From NCBI GenBank assembly GCA_023140385.1, contig JAGLLT010000044.1:1-40238 (forward strand): a stretch of 40,238 bases of DNA. Direction: 5' to 3'. Within the stretch, counting starts at the first letter, position 1. Every line of letters starts with the position of its first letter. Positions 9,795 through 20,811 of this stretch are shown in pieces. Both the position numbers and the translations under genes were made by a program. The stretch comes from Candidatus Omnitrophota bacterium (GTDB lineage: Bacteria; Omnitrophota; Gorgyraeia; JAGLLT01). Under the pieces are notes generated by a model. It was given only the letters and a program-made list of their open reading frames with translations. It searched no databases and was not told the origin of the DNA.

Positions 9795-11180
9795 TTATCC
9801 CTTCTTTAACTTAATCTCCAAACTCAATTCATCAAGCTGTTTTTTATCTACAATAGAGGGTGCTCCCGTTAAAGGGCACGTTGCCCTCTGTGTTTTAGGA
9901 AAAGCTATCACATCTCTGATACTTGCATCGCCGGTTAAAAGCGTAAGTAGTCTATCTATGCCAAAGGCTACGCCTCCATGTGGCGGGGCGCCATACTCAA
10001 AGGCTTCAAGTAAAAAACCAAATCTTGCCTCCACTTCATCACCGGGCATATTAATTATTTCAAATATTTTTTTCTGAAGCTCTTTTTTGTTTATTCTGAT
10101 TGAGCCGCTTCCAACTTCCACTCCGTTTATCACCAAATCATAAGAACTTGAACGCACACCTTCCGGACTTTTTGATAACATCTCTATGTCGTCTTCATGC
10201 GGAGAAGTAAAGGGATGATGCTCACTCTCCCAGCGCTTTTCCTGCTCGTTGTATTTAAAGAGAGGGAAATCAACTATCCAGACAAATTTATAACCTTCCC
10301 CTTTCTCTCTCAAATCAGGTTTATCGGTGTTATATTTTTCTAAAGATTCTTTATGCGTAAGCCTTAAAAAAGGCGTTTTTATCTCAATATCAAGAGCTTC
10401 TTTAAAAACCGCTTTAATAACATTTTCGCTGATTTTAAAAATATCATCCTGGCTAACGAAAGACATCTCCATATCAAGCTGGGTAAACTCCGGCTGGCGG
10501 TCAGCCCTCAGGTCTTCATCTCTGAAGCACTTCACAATTTGAAAGTAGCGATCAAGGCCCGAGACCATCAATATCTGTTTAAATAATTGCGGCGATTGAG
10601 GCAAGGCATAAAAATTTCCTTGATTTACGCGGCTGGGCACCAAGTAATCGCGGGCACCCTCTGGAGTACTTTTTGTCAATATAGGAGTTTCAACTTCAAT
10701 AAACTCTTCCTTATCAAGCGTATCTCTTATAATTTTGCAAACCCTGTAGCGCAAAATAATATTTTTAGTCATTTTAGGCCGCCTTAAGTCAAGGTAGCGA
10801 TATTTAAGCCTGCTCTCCTCACCCATCTCTGATTCATCGGAAATTTCAAAAGGCGGAGTTTCAGACTCATTAAGAATTCTCATAGACGCGGCATGGACTT
10901 CAATAAGGCCCGTCGGCATCTTATCATTTTCCGTCCCCTTGGGCCTTTCCTGCACAATACCTTCAATTAAAAGCACAAACTCGCTTCTTACTTTTTTAAT
11001 TTCTTCAAAGAGCTCTTTATTGCTCTTAAAAAAATCAATTTGTGTACAGCCAAAACGATCTCTCAGATCAATAAATATGAGGCTTCCGTGATCGCGGCGG
11101 CTATCTACCCAACCGCAAAGAGTTACTGTCTGGCCTACGTTATCTTTTGTAAGCTGTCCGCAGGTGTGAGTTCTCATCAT
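9795..11180 (-). CDS. aspS: Aspartate--tRNA ligase, probably non-discriminating, lacking the GAD domain
   Basis: MRTHTCG, RRDHG, STPEGARDYLVPSR, CFRDEDLRADRQPEF and APPHGG motifs; only 461 aa. Confidence 0.96.
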   Translation of the reverse strand: MMRTHTCGQLTKDNVGQTVTLCGWVDSRRDHGSLIFIDLRDRFGCTQIDFFKSNKELFEEIKKVRSEFVLLIEGIVQERPKGTENDKMPTGLIEVHAASMRILNESETPPFEISDESEMGEESRLKYRYLDLRRPKMTKNIILRYRVCKIIRDTLDKEEFIEVETPILTKSTPEGARDYLVPSRVNQGNFYALPQSPQLFKQILMVSGLDRYFQIVKCFRDEDLRADRQPEFTQLDMEMSFVSQDDIFKISENVIKAVFKEALDIEIKTPFLRLTHKESLEKYNTDKPDLREKGEGYKFVWIVDFPLFKYNEQEKRWESEHHPFTSPHEDDIEMLSKSPEGVRSSSYDLVINGVEVGSGSIRINKKELQKKIFEIINMPGDEVEARFGFLLEAFEYGAPPHGGVAFGIDRLLTLLTGDASIRDVIAFPKTQRATCPLTGAPSIVDKKQLDELSLEIKLKKG

Positions 11181-12337
11181 TTTTTCATACCTACTTTCTG
11201 AGCCGCCTGAAAAACCTTACCCTCTGTTTTAATTGCCGGCGCGATAATAATCTCTGTTAACTGGAAGTCCCGAATCGTACGCGCTCCGACCGCTCCCATG
11301 GATATCATTATAGCTCCGAGAAGATTCTGCGTACCGTCATCTGTTCGCGCCGGGCCAAGAAGAATTTCCTTAAGCGTTCCTGTAGTGCCGACACGAATGC
11401 GAGTACCGCGAGGCAGGTTTAAATTCGGAGTTGCCATCCCCCAATGACATCCACGACCCGGCGCTTCTTTCGCGCGGGCTAAAGCGGAGCCGACCATTAC
11501 CGAGTCAGCGCCGCAGGCAAACGCCTTACAAATATCGCCGCCGGTCGTCATTCCTCCATCAGTAATAATGGGGGTATATTTTCCTGTTTTCTTAAAATGA
11601 AAATCACGCGCCGCCGCCGCGTCACAAGTCGCGGTTACCTGCGGCACCCCGATGCCAAGGACACCGCGTGTCGTACAGGCGGCGCCGGGACCCACACCAA
11701 TAAGAACGGCGCTCGCGCCAAGCTCCATAAGCTCAAGCGTCATTTTATAGGTTACCGCGTTTCCAATCATTACCGGTATCTTACTGCGCTTACATAACAC
11801 GCCGTAATTACATACTTTATATTGTGTTGAGATATGAGTTGGAGAAGAAACCTGCGACTGGACAACAAAAACATCCGCCCCCGCGGACTGCGCTATCTTG
11901 CTATAGCGTTCCGCCTTCTGTGGAATCGCGCTGACAATTGCCGTTACTTTGGCTTTTTTAATTTCTTTTATACGTTTAATAATTAGTTTTTCTTTGACCG
12001 GAGGCCGGTAAAGTTTTTGGACGAGTTCGGTTGCGCGCGGGGGTGTCGCTTTTGAAATTTCACTTAGAATGTCACTTGGATCTTCATAGCGCGTCTGCAC
12101 CCCTTCAAGATTCAGGACCGCGAGACCGCCAAGTTTGGCCATTTTTACCGCGAATGAAACATCAACAACACCATCCATCGCGGCGGCAACAATAGGCACT
12201 TTATATTTTTTTCCCGCGAATTCCCAGGACGGATCAACCTCATTTGGATTAATTGATATATCTCCGGGAACAAGCGCGATTTCATCAAAACTATAACAAC
12301 GCCGCGCCTTTCTGCCGCGTCCTACCCACATTCCCAT
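11177..12337 (-). CDS. guaB3: GuaB3-family IMP dehydrogenase-related protein
   Basis: [46 protein letters not shown] and HWGMATP motifs; no CBS domains. Confidence 0.9.
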   Translation of the reverse strand: MGMWVGRGRKARRCYSFDEIALVPGDISINPNEVDPSWEFAGKKYKVPIVAAAMDGVVDVSFAVKMAKLGGLAVLNLEGVQTRYEDPSDILSEISKATPPRATELVQKLYRPPVKEKLIIKRIKEIKKAKVTAIVSAIPQKAERYSKIAQSAGADVFVVQSQVSSPTHISTQYKVCNYGVLCKRSKIPVMIGNAVTYKMTLELMELGASAVLIGVGPGAACTTRGVLGIGVPQVTATCDAAAARDFHFKKTGKYTPIITDGGMTTGGDICKAFACGADSVMVGSALARAKEAPGRGCHWGMATPNLNLPRGTRIRVGTTGTLKEILLGPARTDDGTQNLLGAIMISMGAVGARTIRDFQLTEIIIAPAIKTEGKVFQAAQKVGMKK

Positions 12338-12400
12338 CTATCTACCCTCCCAATAAAAGTTGCGCTAAAACTTATTAAGTATTTATATTATTGAAACGAT

Positions 12401-12429
12401 ATTATATCAAAACGATGAATAAAAGTCAA
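12401..12429 (-). promoter_or_regulatory. Near-consensus sigma70 promoter for guaB3-aspS
   Basis: Minus strand TTGACT-17 bp-TATAAT with extended -10 TG. Confidence 0.75.
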
Positions 12430-12447
12430 CCGATTTACAAAATCACA

Positions 12448-13086
12448 TCACCCGCGCGTTATTTTTTTATCTTTAACCTTCTTCGCGTAAAGAAAAAATA
12501 AACCGGGGCCAAAGGACATAAGGGCAATAGATATACCGGTTATTATCCCGAAAAATGTAATTGGCGGAGCGCAGCATTCATTTCTATTGCGTGAAATAAT
12601 GTGGCTTGGAATAGCAACTATCAGCTCTAATATACTTCCCCTTAACAGCCAGCGTGTAATAGTCGCGGTAAAAGCTTTAGGGTTATCATTTGAATAATTC
12701 TTATAAAAGATTACCGCCCACGATATCCAGCAAACCGCGGGCACAATAAATAGCCACCATCTATATAGATATTCAGCAGAAGTATTCTCTCCCCAAACCA
12801 TAAGAACCGCGGATATAATAAACATCAAAACCAAAAAGCCCATCGGAAAAGCCCCCATTATCGCCGATGTTATTACTTTCCTGTGTTTTATAGGCCTCTC
12901 AGTAACAATATTAAACGGAATCAGTAATAGTACGGTTTGAATAAGGATTAAAACAGGTATGATGTACGTATACAAGAGAGGTATTATGTCAATACCGTCC
13001 TTATAAAAAAATAAAACTATCGGCACAACCAAAACCGACACTGAAACAACATAAAGCCCCACAACCAACAACACCCATCGTTTCAT
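12448..13086 (-). CDS. Hypothetical multi-pass membrane protein (about 6 TM)
   Basis: Several hydrophobic segments, a GSILEL.VA.PSHI..R.RNECCAP motif and a GGGAG RBS. Confidence 0.8.
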   Translation of the reverse strand: MKRWVLLVVGLYVVSVSVLVVPIVLFFYKDGIDIIPLLYTYIIPVLILIQTVLLLIPFNIVTERPIKHRKVITSAIMGAFPMGFLVLMFIISAVLMVWGENTSAEYLYRWWLFIVPAVCWISWAVIFYKNYSNDNPKAFTATITRWLLRGSILELIVAIPSHIISRNRNECCAPPITFFGIITGISIALMSFGPGLFFLYAKKVKDKKITRG

Positions 13087-13204
13087 CTTTAAGTCTCCCG
13101 TTCCACAATCCCGCCCTTCTTTTTAAACATCTTTATTTCCTTGTATATACTAACATAACCTGTCAAGCAATCAAAGATTAATTTCGTAAACAATCATTTC
13201 CCCA

Positions 13205-14923
<1,719 letters not shown>

Positions 14924-14937
14924 TTAAGTGTATTTTC

Positions 14938-15231
14938 TTACTTGGTAATTACCGCCAAAATATCCTCTTCTTTTGCTATCAAGTAAGTCTCACCGGCTGA
15001 ATCGGTTACCTCTGTCCCTGAGTACTTTCCAAAAAGAACTACATCGCCTTTTTTAATCAGGGGCTTCTGCCTTTTTCCGTCATCCAAAAGCTTACCTTCG
15101 CCGGCCTCTATTACCTTTGCCTGTTGAGGTTTTTCCTGCGCCGTATCGGGTAAATATATACCCCCTCTGCTCTTTTCCTGGGCATCCAGCACTTTCAGCA
15201 ATACTCTGTCTCCCAACGGTCTAATCGCCAT
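14938..15231 (-). CDS. groES: Co-chaperonin GroES
   Basis: IRPLGDRVL, GGIYLPDTAQEKP, KYSGTEV and EEDILA motifs. Confidence 0.98.
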   Translation of the reverse strand: MAIRPLGDRVLLKVLDAQEKSRGGIYLPDTAQEKPQQAKVIEAGEGKLLDDGKRQKPLIKKGDVVLFGKYSGTEVTDSAGETYLIAKEEDILAVITK

Positions 15232-15245
15232 ACTTTTTCCTCCTT

Positions 15246-15341
15246 AATGAGCACATAACTTATGTCATCCTTCGGATGTCATAAATTATTTGTGCGAATT
15301 AATCCCCCCTGCTTTGTTTTCAAAGAAAACAAGGGGGGATA
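15246..15341. repeat. Two-hairpin dispersed element, copy 2 (groES leader)
   Basis: Hairpin GCACATAACTTATGTCATCC-TTC-GGATGTCATAAATTATTTGTGC plus ATCCCCCCTGCTTTGTTTTCAAAGAAAACAAGGGGGGAT. Confidence 0.8.
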
Positions 15342-15400
15342 CATACAAAGTACATACTTTAATTAATCCCACCGTAACTGAGGGCACGTAAATCCCCCTT

Positions 15401-15427
15401 TTAGCACTCTATTGATAAGAGTGCTAA
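15401..15427. promoter_or_regulatory. CIRCE element (HrcA operator)
   Basis: Perfect TTAGCACTC-N9-GAGTGCTAA upstream of groES. Confidence 0.97.
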
Positions 15428-15438
15428 TTTAGTACCCT

Positions 15439-15467
15439 ATCATATTAGAATACTTCCTAAAAATCAA
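15439..15467 (-). promoter_or_regulatory. sigma70 promoter of groESL
   Basis: Minus strand TTGATT-17 bp-TATGAT immediately upstream of CIRCE. Confidence 0.7.
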
Positions 15468-15544
15468 GTCACATATAAGACAGTAACAGGAATTTACAGA
15501 TAGTATGGATGAAATATTAGCAGTTATCTCTTGAATTCTTATAA

Positions 15545-16324
15545 TTACCCTGTTTTTCGCCCATTTTCGCTATAACTTATAAGTAGCCCCCTCAGCGTCA
15601 GGTTGGGCTCTACCTTATCTATACAAGATGTATGCTGCTTAATAAGCCCCGCGTAACCGCCTGTAGCCAGCACAATGAAACCCTTACCGAACTTCCTTTT
15701 ATACCTGGCGACTATCCCTTCACAGGCCGCCGCCGTAGCATATATGATGCCGTTACTCATACTGGTAACCGTATCGCGGCCTATCAAACCTCTGGCCTTC
15801 ATCAGGCTAATCTCAGGCAGCAACTCGGCATCAGCAGACAAAGCCTTGAGCGAACTCTTTATACCGGGAACTATCACCCCGCCCAGATAATCCCCCTTTT
15901 TATTAACCGCGTCAAAGGTTATGGCCGTGCCAAAATCTATGATGACGATATTTTTTTCACCGTAGAGATGATGAGCGGCTATAGCATTCACCAGCCTGTC
16001 AGCGCCAACCTGCCCGGGAGTTTTATACCTGTTTTTAATTTTATACTTCAAGTCTTTTCCCAATTCAAAAACCGCACAACTCAAGAGGCGCTTCAGCGCT
16101 CTCTTAAAAGAGCTGCTTAATGAAGGCACCACACTGCAAAAGACAACAGCTTCAATTTGCTTTTTAATAATCTTATTTTTTTTAAAATACCCTTTTACCG
16201 CTTTTTCTAAATACAAAACATTACTACCGGTTTCTGTGTCAATCCTATCCACCTTCATAATGCCCTTGTTTTTAGCCGCGCCTAAAACTATGCATGTATT
16301 ACCGATATCTATCAATAAAATCAT
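15545..16324 (-). CDS. coaX: Type III pantothenate kinase
   Basis: IDIGNT, SVVP, VGADR, IDFGTAITFD, GGVIVPG and ATGG motifs. Confidence 0.96.
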   Translation of the reverse strand: MILLIDIGNTCIVLGAAKNKGIMKVDRIDTETGSNVLYLEKAVKGYFKKNKIIKKQIEAVVFCSVVPSLSSSFKRALKRLLSCAVFELGKDLKYKIKNRYKTPGQVGADRLVNAIAAHHLYGEKNIVIIDFGTAITFDAVNKKGDYLGGVIVPGIKSSLKALSADAELLPEISLMKARGLIGRDTVTSMSNGIIYATAAACEGIVARYKRKFGKGFIVLATGGYAGLIKQHTSCIDKVEPNLTLRGLLISYSENGRKTG

Positions 16325-17121
16325 TTTACTTCACCTCCGCGAATTCCCCTGCCGCCTCTCTCAATCTGAATATCTTCAGCGCTCATAATCTTTTCTATTA
16401 ACCCGCTGTCCTTTCTCAAAAGCAAGGCGCCATTTTCCTCATCGAGGCCGACGGCCATACCCGTTATTAAATCTTTACCGGTATTTATAGTCATCTGCGA
16501 TCCTATCGAGCAGGATAAATCATACCACGTTTTTATTACAGGTTTTATACCCTCTTCTTTAAATAAAAAATACTGTTTTTCGAGCTCTCTTAAAATCTCT
16601 TTTGCCAGCTCAACTCTCGAATATCTGACACCTGACTCCTCAAGCAAAGTAGTGCTTCCCGGGGGCAAACCATCGGAGGACAAATTAACGTTAATGCCTA
16701 TGCCTAAAATAAGAAACTCTGTTTTTTCGTCTCTTATCTCAGCTTCAGCTAAAATACCGGCCGCCTTTCCGCCGTTAATCATAATGTCATTGGGCCACTT
16801 GATAAAACAGTCAAGACTGCTTACCTTTCTAATTGCCAGAGCCAGGGCAACACCTGACAAAAGATAAAATCCGGCTAGGCTGTTCGCGCTTCCCTCCGGC
16901 CTTAAAATAACGGACATATAGAGGCCGCCCTCCTGAGAGACCCACTCTCTTTGCCTGCGGCCTCTGGCAGAAGTCTGGTTTTCAGCAAAAACCACCGCGC
17001 CCTCTTCTGTGCCCCTTCGCGCCAAAAGCCGGGCAACGTCATTAGTAGAACCTGTACTTTTATAGCAGAATATTTTCCTGCCTAACAGGCGGGTATTTAA
17101 ATTATAACTTACTTTCTGCAT
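16321..17121 (-). CDS. birA: Biotin--protein ligase without an N-terminal HTH
   Basis: STND, AENQTSARGRRQREW, KWPNDI..GGKAAGIL and GIGINVN motifs. Confidence 0.93.
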   Translation of the reverse strand: MQKVSYNLNTRLLGRKIFCYKSTGSTNDVARLLARRGTEEGAVVFAENQTSARGRRQREWVSQEGGLYMSVILRPEGSANSLAGFYLLSGVALALAIRKVSSLDCFIKWPNDIMINGGKAAGILAEAEIRDEKTEFLILGIGINVNLSSDGLPPGSTTLLEESGVRYSRVELAKEILRELEKQYFLFKEEGIKPVIKTWYDLSCSIGSQMTINTGKDLITGMAVGLDEENGALLLRKDSGLIEKIMSAEDIQIERGGRGIRGGEVK

Positions 17122-17174
17122 ACAGATGGAGTTTTAGTCCCTACGGGTACAATGGCAATTTCCATAATAGTCAT
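17109..17174 (-). pseudogene. Truncated MTH1187/YkoF (DUF77, thiamine-binding) family N-terminal fragment
   Basis: AAGGAG RBS, then MTIMEIAIVPVGTKTPSVCRK*, which resembles the family N-terminus (MxxxEIxxVPxGTxxxSV). Ends at the birA start. Confidence 0.65.
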
Positions 17175-17212
17175 TTCATATCTCCTTTGAACAAAGATAC
17201 GCTAGGGATAGA

Positions 17213-17665
17213 TTAATCTTGAGTTAATATTTCAGGTATAACTTCGACTTTGGTTTTTATTGAATTAGAAATAAGACAATTTTTTTCAGAGAATTGTATA
17301 AGTTCCTTTGCTTTTTCAGTTTGACTGACCGATTTAACTTTTATTTTTGGTTTAACTTTAATTTCAGAAAATATAAATTGGTTCCCTACCCTCTCCAATA
17401 TTCCTTCTGCTTCACTCTCATAGCTTAAAAATTTAAGATTACTCTTTTGAGCATAGTGTAAAAAGGTGGTTTTAATGCAAATATTAACTGCCGCGACAAA
17501 TAATTCTTCCGGTGTCCATATACCCTCATGCCCTTTGAACTCCGGAGGAGTGGCTACTTCAATAGTCGGCTTGCCGGCTGAACACAAAATTCCTTTCTTT
17601 TCTTCCGTCCATGTGACATTTGTTTTATAAATAAATTTTTTACTTTTCCGCTCTATACTCCCCAT
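17213..17665 (-). CDS. OsmC/Ohr family protein (SACOL1771-like)
   Basis: VATPPEFKG...WTPEELFVAAVNIC and EKNCLISNSI motifs. Confidence 0.9.
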   Translation of the reverse strand: MGSIERKSKKFIYKTNVTWTEEKKGILCSAGKPTIEVATPPEFKGHEGIWTPEELFVAAVNICIKTTFLHYAQKSNLKFLSYESEAEGILERVGNQFIFSEIKVKPKIKVKSVSQTEKAKELIQFSEKNCLISNSIKTKVEVIPEILTQD

Positions 17666-17693
17666 TTGTTCATCTCCTTAACTTTTAGATACC

Positions 17694-17888
17694 TTAAAGG
17701 TTGCAAGCTCCCGTTGGGCAGCTCGGCCCTGAGGAACTTGAACTTTTTACACTAAAAGAGCTGAATGTTTTCTTAATTTTCTTACTACCGCATTTACTAC
17801 ATTTAAGCTCTACCTTTTCAGAAGTCATTCCAATCAACAAATCAAATTTTTCACCGCAATCTTCACAGATATATGTATATACCGGCAT
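17694..17888 (-). CDS. FmdB-family zinc-ribbon protein
   Basis: MPVYTYICEDCG..F...KCSKCGS..KKTFS, with a GGAGG RBS. Confidence 0.88.
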   Translation of the reverse strand: MPVYTYICEDCGEKFDLLIGMTSEKVELKCSKCGSKKIKKTFSSFSVKSSSSSGPSCPTGACNL

Positions 17889-17918
17889 AATCATCACCTC
17901 CTATTCTCAATAAAAAAG

Positions 17919-18890
17919 TTACCGAATTATTGAGCTATTACACCCGTCCCTATTAAATCTGCATCCGCCGCCGCACTTCCGAAATTGGCTACAATCATCA
18001 CAATCAATTTTTAAGTTATTTCGTTGAAATAAGTTAACCGCTTCTAAATTTGATAACTCATAAAATGTATTATCAAAAAGACTCCCTAATATCTCGGGGT
18101 TTTGTTCGCAGGTTCTTAAATTTCCAAGGGGATCAATAACCCACTTCTCCCTGCCGCAGACGCAGGTACCAAAATTCAGATGAGGGTATCTTTTATGCTC
18201 TATGATGCAGGGTTCTACAGGTATTGTAATGTTTATCGGCATGTTATAATCCTTGGCCTTTTCCTCAGCCATAGATAACACTTTTTCAAGCTCCGCCTTT
18301 ATTATTTGTAATTGCGGGAGATAATTAAGCCCATTGCCTCCGGGAACAAAACGGTTTAAAGCAATGACATCAACCGAAAAAGAAAAACATAAATCAATGG
18401 TCTTTTCTATATCGGCTAAATTAGCTTTGGTAATAATAATAGAAACACTTAGCTTTGCCCTCTGCTTTTTTACCTCTAAAATAGCATTTTTAACCTCATC
18501 GAGCCGGCTGTTTTGAGATAAGTAATTATACGTTTCCCGTTTTATGCTATTCATAGATATCTCAAAATAATTAACTCCGTTAGCCGCTAAACTTTGCACC
18601 AGCTCTCTCTTGAGCAAGATTCCATTTGTAGCCACAGCTACCTTAATTCCTTTATTGCTTAATAAAGAAACGACCTTTAGTATTTCAGGATATAGTAACG
18701 GTTCTCCGCCGGCAAGAGTAATTCCATTGGGAGTAATTTCGCTTAATACTTTATCAAATAATCGCTCTATTTCAGATAAAGATAGCTCACCTTTTGGATA
18801 ATCGCCCGGCAGCTTCCAAACATTGTAACAGTATTTACAAGCGCTGGTACAGCGGGGCGTTATTTCATAGACGAAATAGGGCCGTATCAT
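17919..18890 (-). CDS. Radical SAM/SPASM-domain protein
   Basis: CTSACKYC, GGEPLL, ATNG and the SPASM cysteines CVCG..IDPLGNLRTC...CDDC.....CGGGCR. Confidence 0.92.
   Translation of the reverse strand: MIRPYFVYEITPRCTSACKYCYNVWKLPGDYPKGELSLSEIERLFDKVLSEITPNGITLAGGEPLLYPEILKVVSLLSNKGIKVAVATNGILLKRELVQSLAANGVNYFEISMNSIKRETYNYLSQNSRLDEVKNAILEVKKQRAKLSVSIIITKANLADIEKTIDLCFSFSVDVIALNRFVPGGNGLNYLPQLQIIKAELEKVLSMAEEKAKDYNMPINITIPVEPCIIEHKRYPHLNFGTCVCGREKWVIDPLGNLRTCEQNPEILGSLFDNTFYELSNLEAVNLFQRNNLKIDCDDCSQFRKCGGGCRFNRDGCNSSIIR
17942..17950. repeat. Left arm of a short inverted repeat (ACCCGTCCC)
   Basis: Reverse complement of GGGACGGGT at 19915-19923. Confidence 0.5.
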
Positions 18891-19870
18891 CTTTCTAAAT
18901 CTACGATAAGCTCACCGTAGGCGGGCAGAGCCTTCTTGATTTCCGCCAGGGCTTGTTTTGTCTGCCGATAATTTACATCTATATCCTTATATTGCGCAAT
19001 TGCATCATCGTTGAGCTTTCCTTCTTCTTTTTTAATCTGATAATCAGCGTAGTGCTTCTCAAATTCTTTTATGTGTCTTTCTGTAATATTTACTTTATCG
19101 CCAGTTTCTCGTGAACCAACGCCAGGATAATAGTAATATCTAACATAATGACTGTTGATTGCATCCAGTATAGAAAAAGTTTTGATATCTTCCTGAATAT
19201 TTAAGAGCGCTTGTTCATATTCCTTCGTTTCTATTTCTTCTTTTTCTTGTAATTCAATAAGAATATCTATCCTTCGTTCCAAATTTTTAATAGAGACTTC
19301 TTTAGCACTCTGCACTGGCGGCGGCATCATTCGCGTCAATGTAAAACCATAAGACATATAATTAATTCTTTCTCTGCAGATTTTTATTAGTAGTTCAATC
19401 TCTATAGTACTGATTTTCTCTTCTTGCTCGAGTTTTTTTAGGCCATTAGTTAATTCCGGCAGTTCTCCTCGCAGATTTTCCGCTTCCTCATTAGAGATTG
19501 CTCCTGTATATTCAGAAAAAAAATAATCCGCCTCTTTCTCATCTGTTTTCTGCTTCGGCGTTATCTCATCAAGTTTTTTCCAGAAGGCCTTAAAATTTAT
19601 CCACTCCTGAGTATTATTTAACTTATCTACTCTGCTTAACACTTGCTTTATGTTCTCTATTTCGGCAGGTTTCAGAGAAGAGTCTGCGCTTGACGCAGAT
19701 TTATCTGCCGCGTCACATCCCGTCAAACCCAATATTATCAACAGCGTACTCACAAAAAAACTATGCCTTGTTGTTTTATTTAATTTAAGACGTTTAATTC
19801 CAACCAAAACCAATATAAAGGCTGTTATTGACGCAAAAAATATAATGACAACACGAATTGTCTTATCCAT
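18887..19870 (-). CDS. Hypothetical membrane-anchored/lipoprotein, helical; candidate substrate of the adjacent rSAM enzyme
   Basis: N-terminal TM, second hydrophobic stretch ending LTGC, GGAGGAGG RBS, and stop overlapping the rSAM start (ATGA). Confidence 0.8.
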   Translation of the reverse strand: MDKTIRVVIIFFASITAFILVLVGIKRLKLNKTTRHSFFVSTLLIILGLTGCDAADKSASSADSSLKPAEIENIKQVLSRVDKLNNTQEWINFKAFWKKLDEITPKQKTDEKEADYFFSEYTGAISNEEAENLRGELPELTNGLKKLEQEEKISTIEIELLIKICRERINYMSYGFTLTRMMPPPVQSAKEVSIKNLERRIDILIELQEKEEIETKEYEQALLNIQEDIKTFSILDAINSHYVRYYYYPGVGSRETGDKVNITERHIKEFEKHYADYQIKKEEGKLNDDAIAQYKDIDVNYRQTKQALAEIKKALPAYGELIVDLER

Positions 19871-19914
19871 AACCTCCTCCTTCTTTTTTCTTTTCTTTCA
19901 CCAAACAAATAAAG

Positions 19915-19923
19915 GGGACGGGT
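19915..19923. repeat. Right arm of the inverted repeat, within AAATAAAGGGGACGGGTTCATTTTT
   Basis: Lies directly after the nadC stop and pairs with 17942-17950. Confidence 0.5.
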
Positions 19924-19932
19924 TCATTTTTC

Positions 19933-20811
19933 TTACACAACCTTTAAGGCCATATCCAGCGAAGGGTTTGAGTGGGTCAAAGCGCCGATGGATATCAGGT
20001 CTACCTTGCAGGCGGCGATTTTTCTGACGTTAGATAAGCTGACATTTCCGGAAACTTCAATAAGTATTTTTTTATGAGATTTATTTTGCTTGTAAAAGTT
20101 ATCCTTGATGGCAATTGCCTTTTTTATCTGTGCAATATTCATATTATCAAGCATAATGACATCCGGTTTGGCTTTAATGGTTTCCAGCAGTTGAGAAAAA
20201 TGCTTTATTTCAACTTCAATTTCTTTCTTTGTTCTTTTTCCGGCTAATCTCACACAATCAGCAGGTGTCATACCTGAAATTTTAATATGATTATCCTTTA
20301 TTAAAACCTTATCGTACAAACCCATTCTGTGATTTAAGCCCCCGCCTACCCTTACCGCGTACTTCTCAAAATATCTTAAGTTAGGTGTGGTTTTTCTGGT
20401 ATCGATTATTTTCGTCTTATAACCTTTGACTTCTTTGACAAATTTATATGTAAGGCTCGCGATGCCCGATAAATGAGCAATGAGATTGAGGCCCAATCTC
20501 TCAATTTTTAGTATATCCCGGGCGTTGCCGCTTACTTCAGCTATAACCTTAGCATTGCTTCCCTTCCCCGCCTTAATAAAATCACCGTCTTCGCGAAAAG
20601 ATTTAAACCTGATTTGCTTATTGGTCATTCTAAAAAATAACTTATAAATATCAAGGCCGGCTATAACTCCATCTTCTCTTAATATTAAATTGGCCTTAAC
20701 CTTTTGGCCTTTAGCTATTAACAAATTGGAAGTTATGTCGCCTGTCTTAACATCCTCTTTCAGCGCCGCCCTTAATAACTCCTTTATTTTATCCTTCTTT
20801 AATCTAATCAT
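19933..20811 (-). CDS. nadC: Nicotinate-nucleotide diphosphorylase (QPRTase)
   Basis: EDVKTGDITS, DTRKTTP, NHRMGLYD..LIKDNH, MLDN and SIGALTHS motifs. Confidence 0.96.
   Translation of the reverse strand: MIRLKKDKIKELLRAALKEDVKTGDITSNLLIAKGQKVKANLILREDGVIAGLDIYKLFFRMTNKQIRFKSFREDGDFIKAGKGSNAKVIAEVSGNARDILKIERLGLNLIAHLSGIASLTYKFVKEVKGYKTKIIDTRKTTPNLRYFEKYAVRVGGGLNHRMGLYDKVLIKDNHIKISGMTPADCVRLAGKRTKKEIEVEIKHFSQLLETIKAKPDVIMLDNMNIAQIKKAIAIKDNFYKQNKSHKKILIEVSGNVSLSNVRKIAACKVDLISIGALTHSNPSLDMALKVV

Noticed and set aside
17694..17888. Cys-rich small ORF as the RiPP precursor for the rSAM enzyme
   Set aside because: It matches the FmdB zinc-ribbon pattern and lies outside the inverted-repeat-bounded rSAM module.
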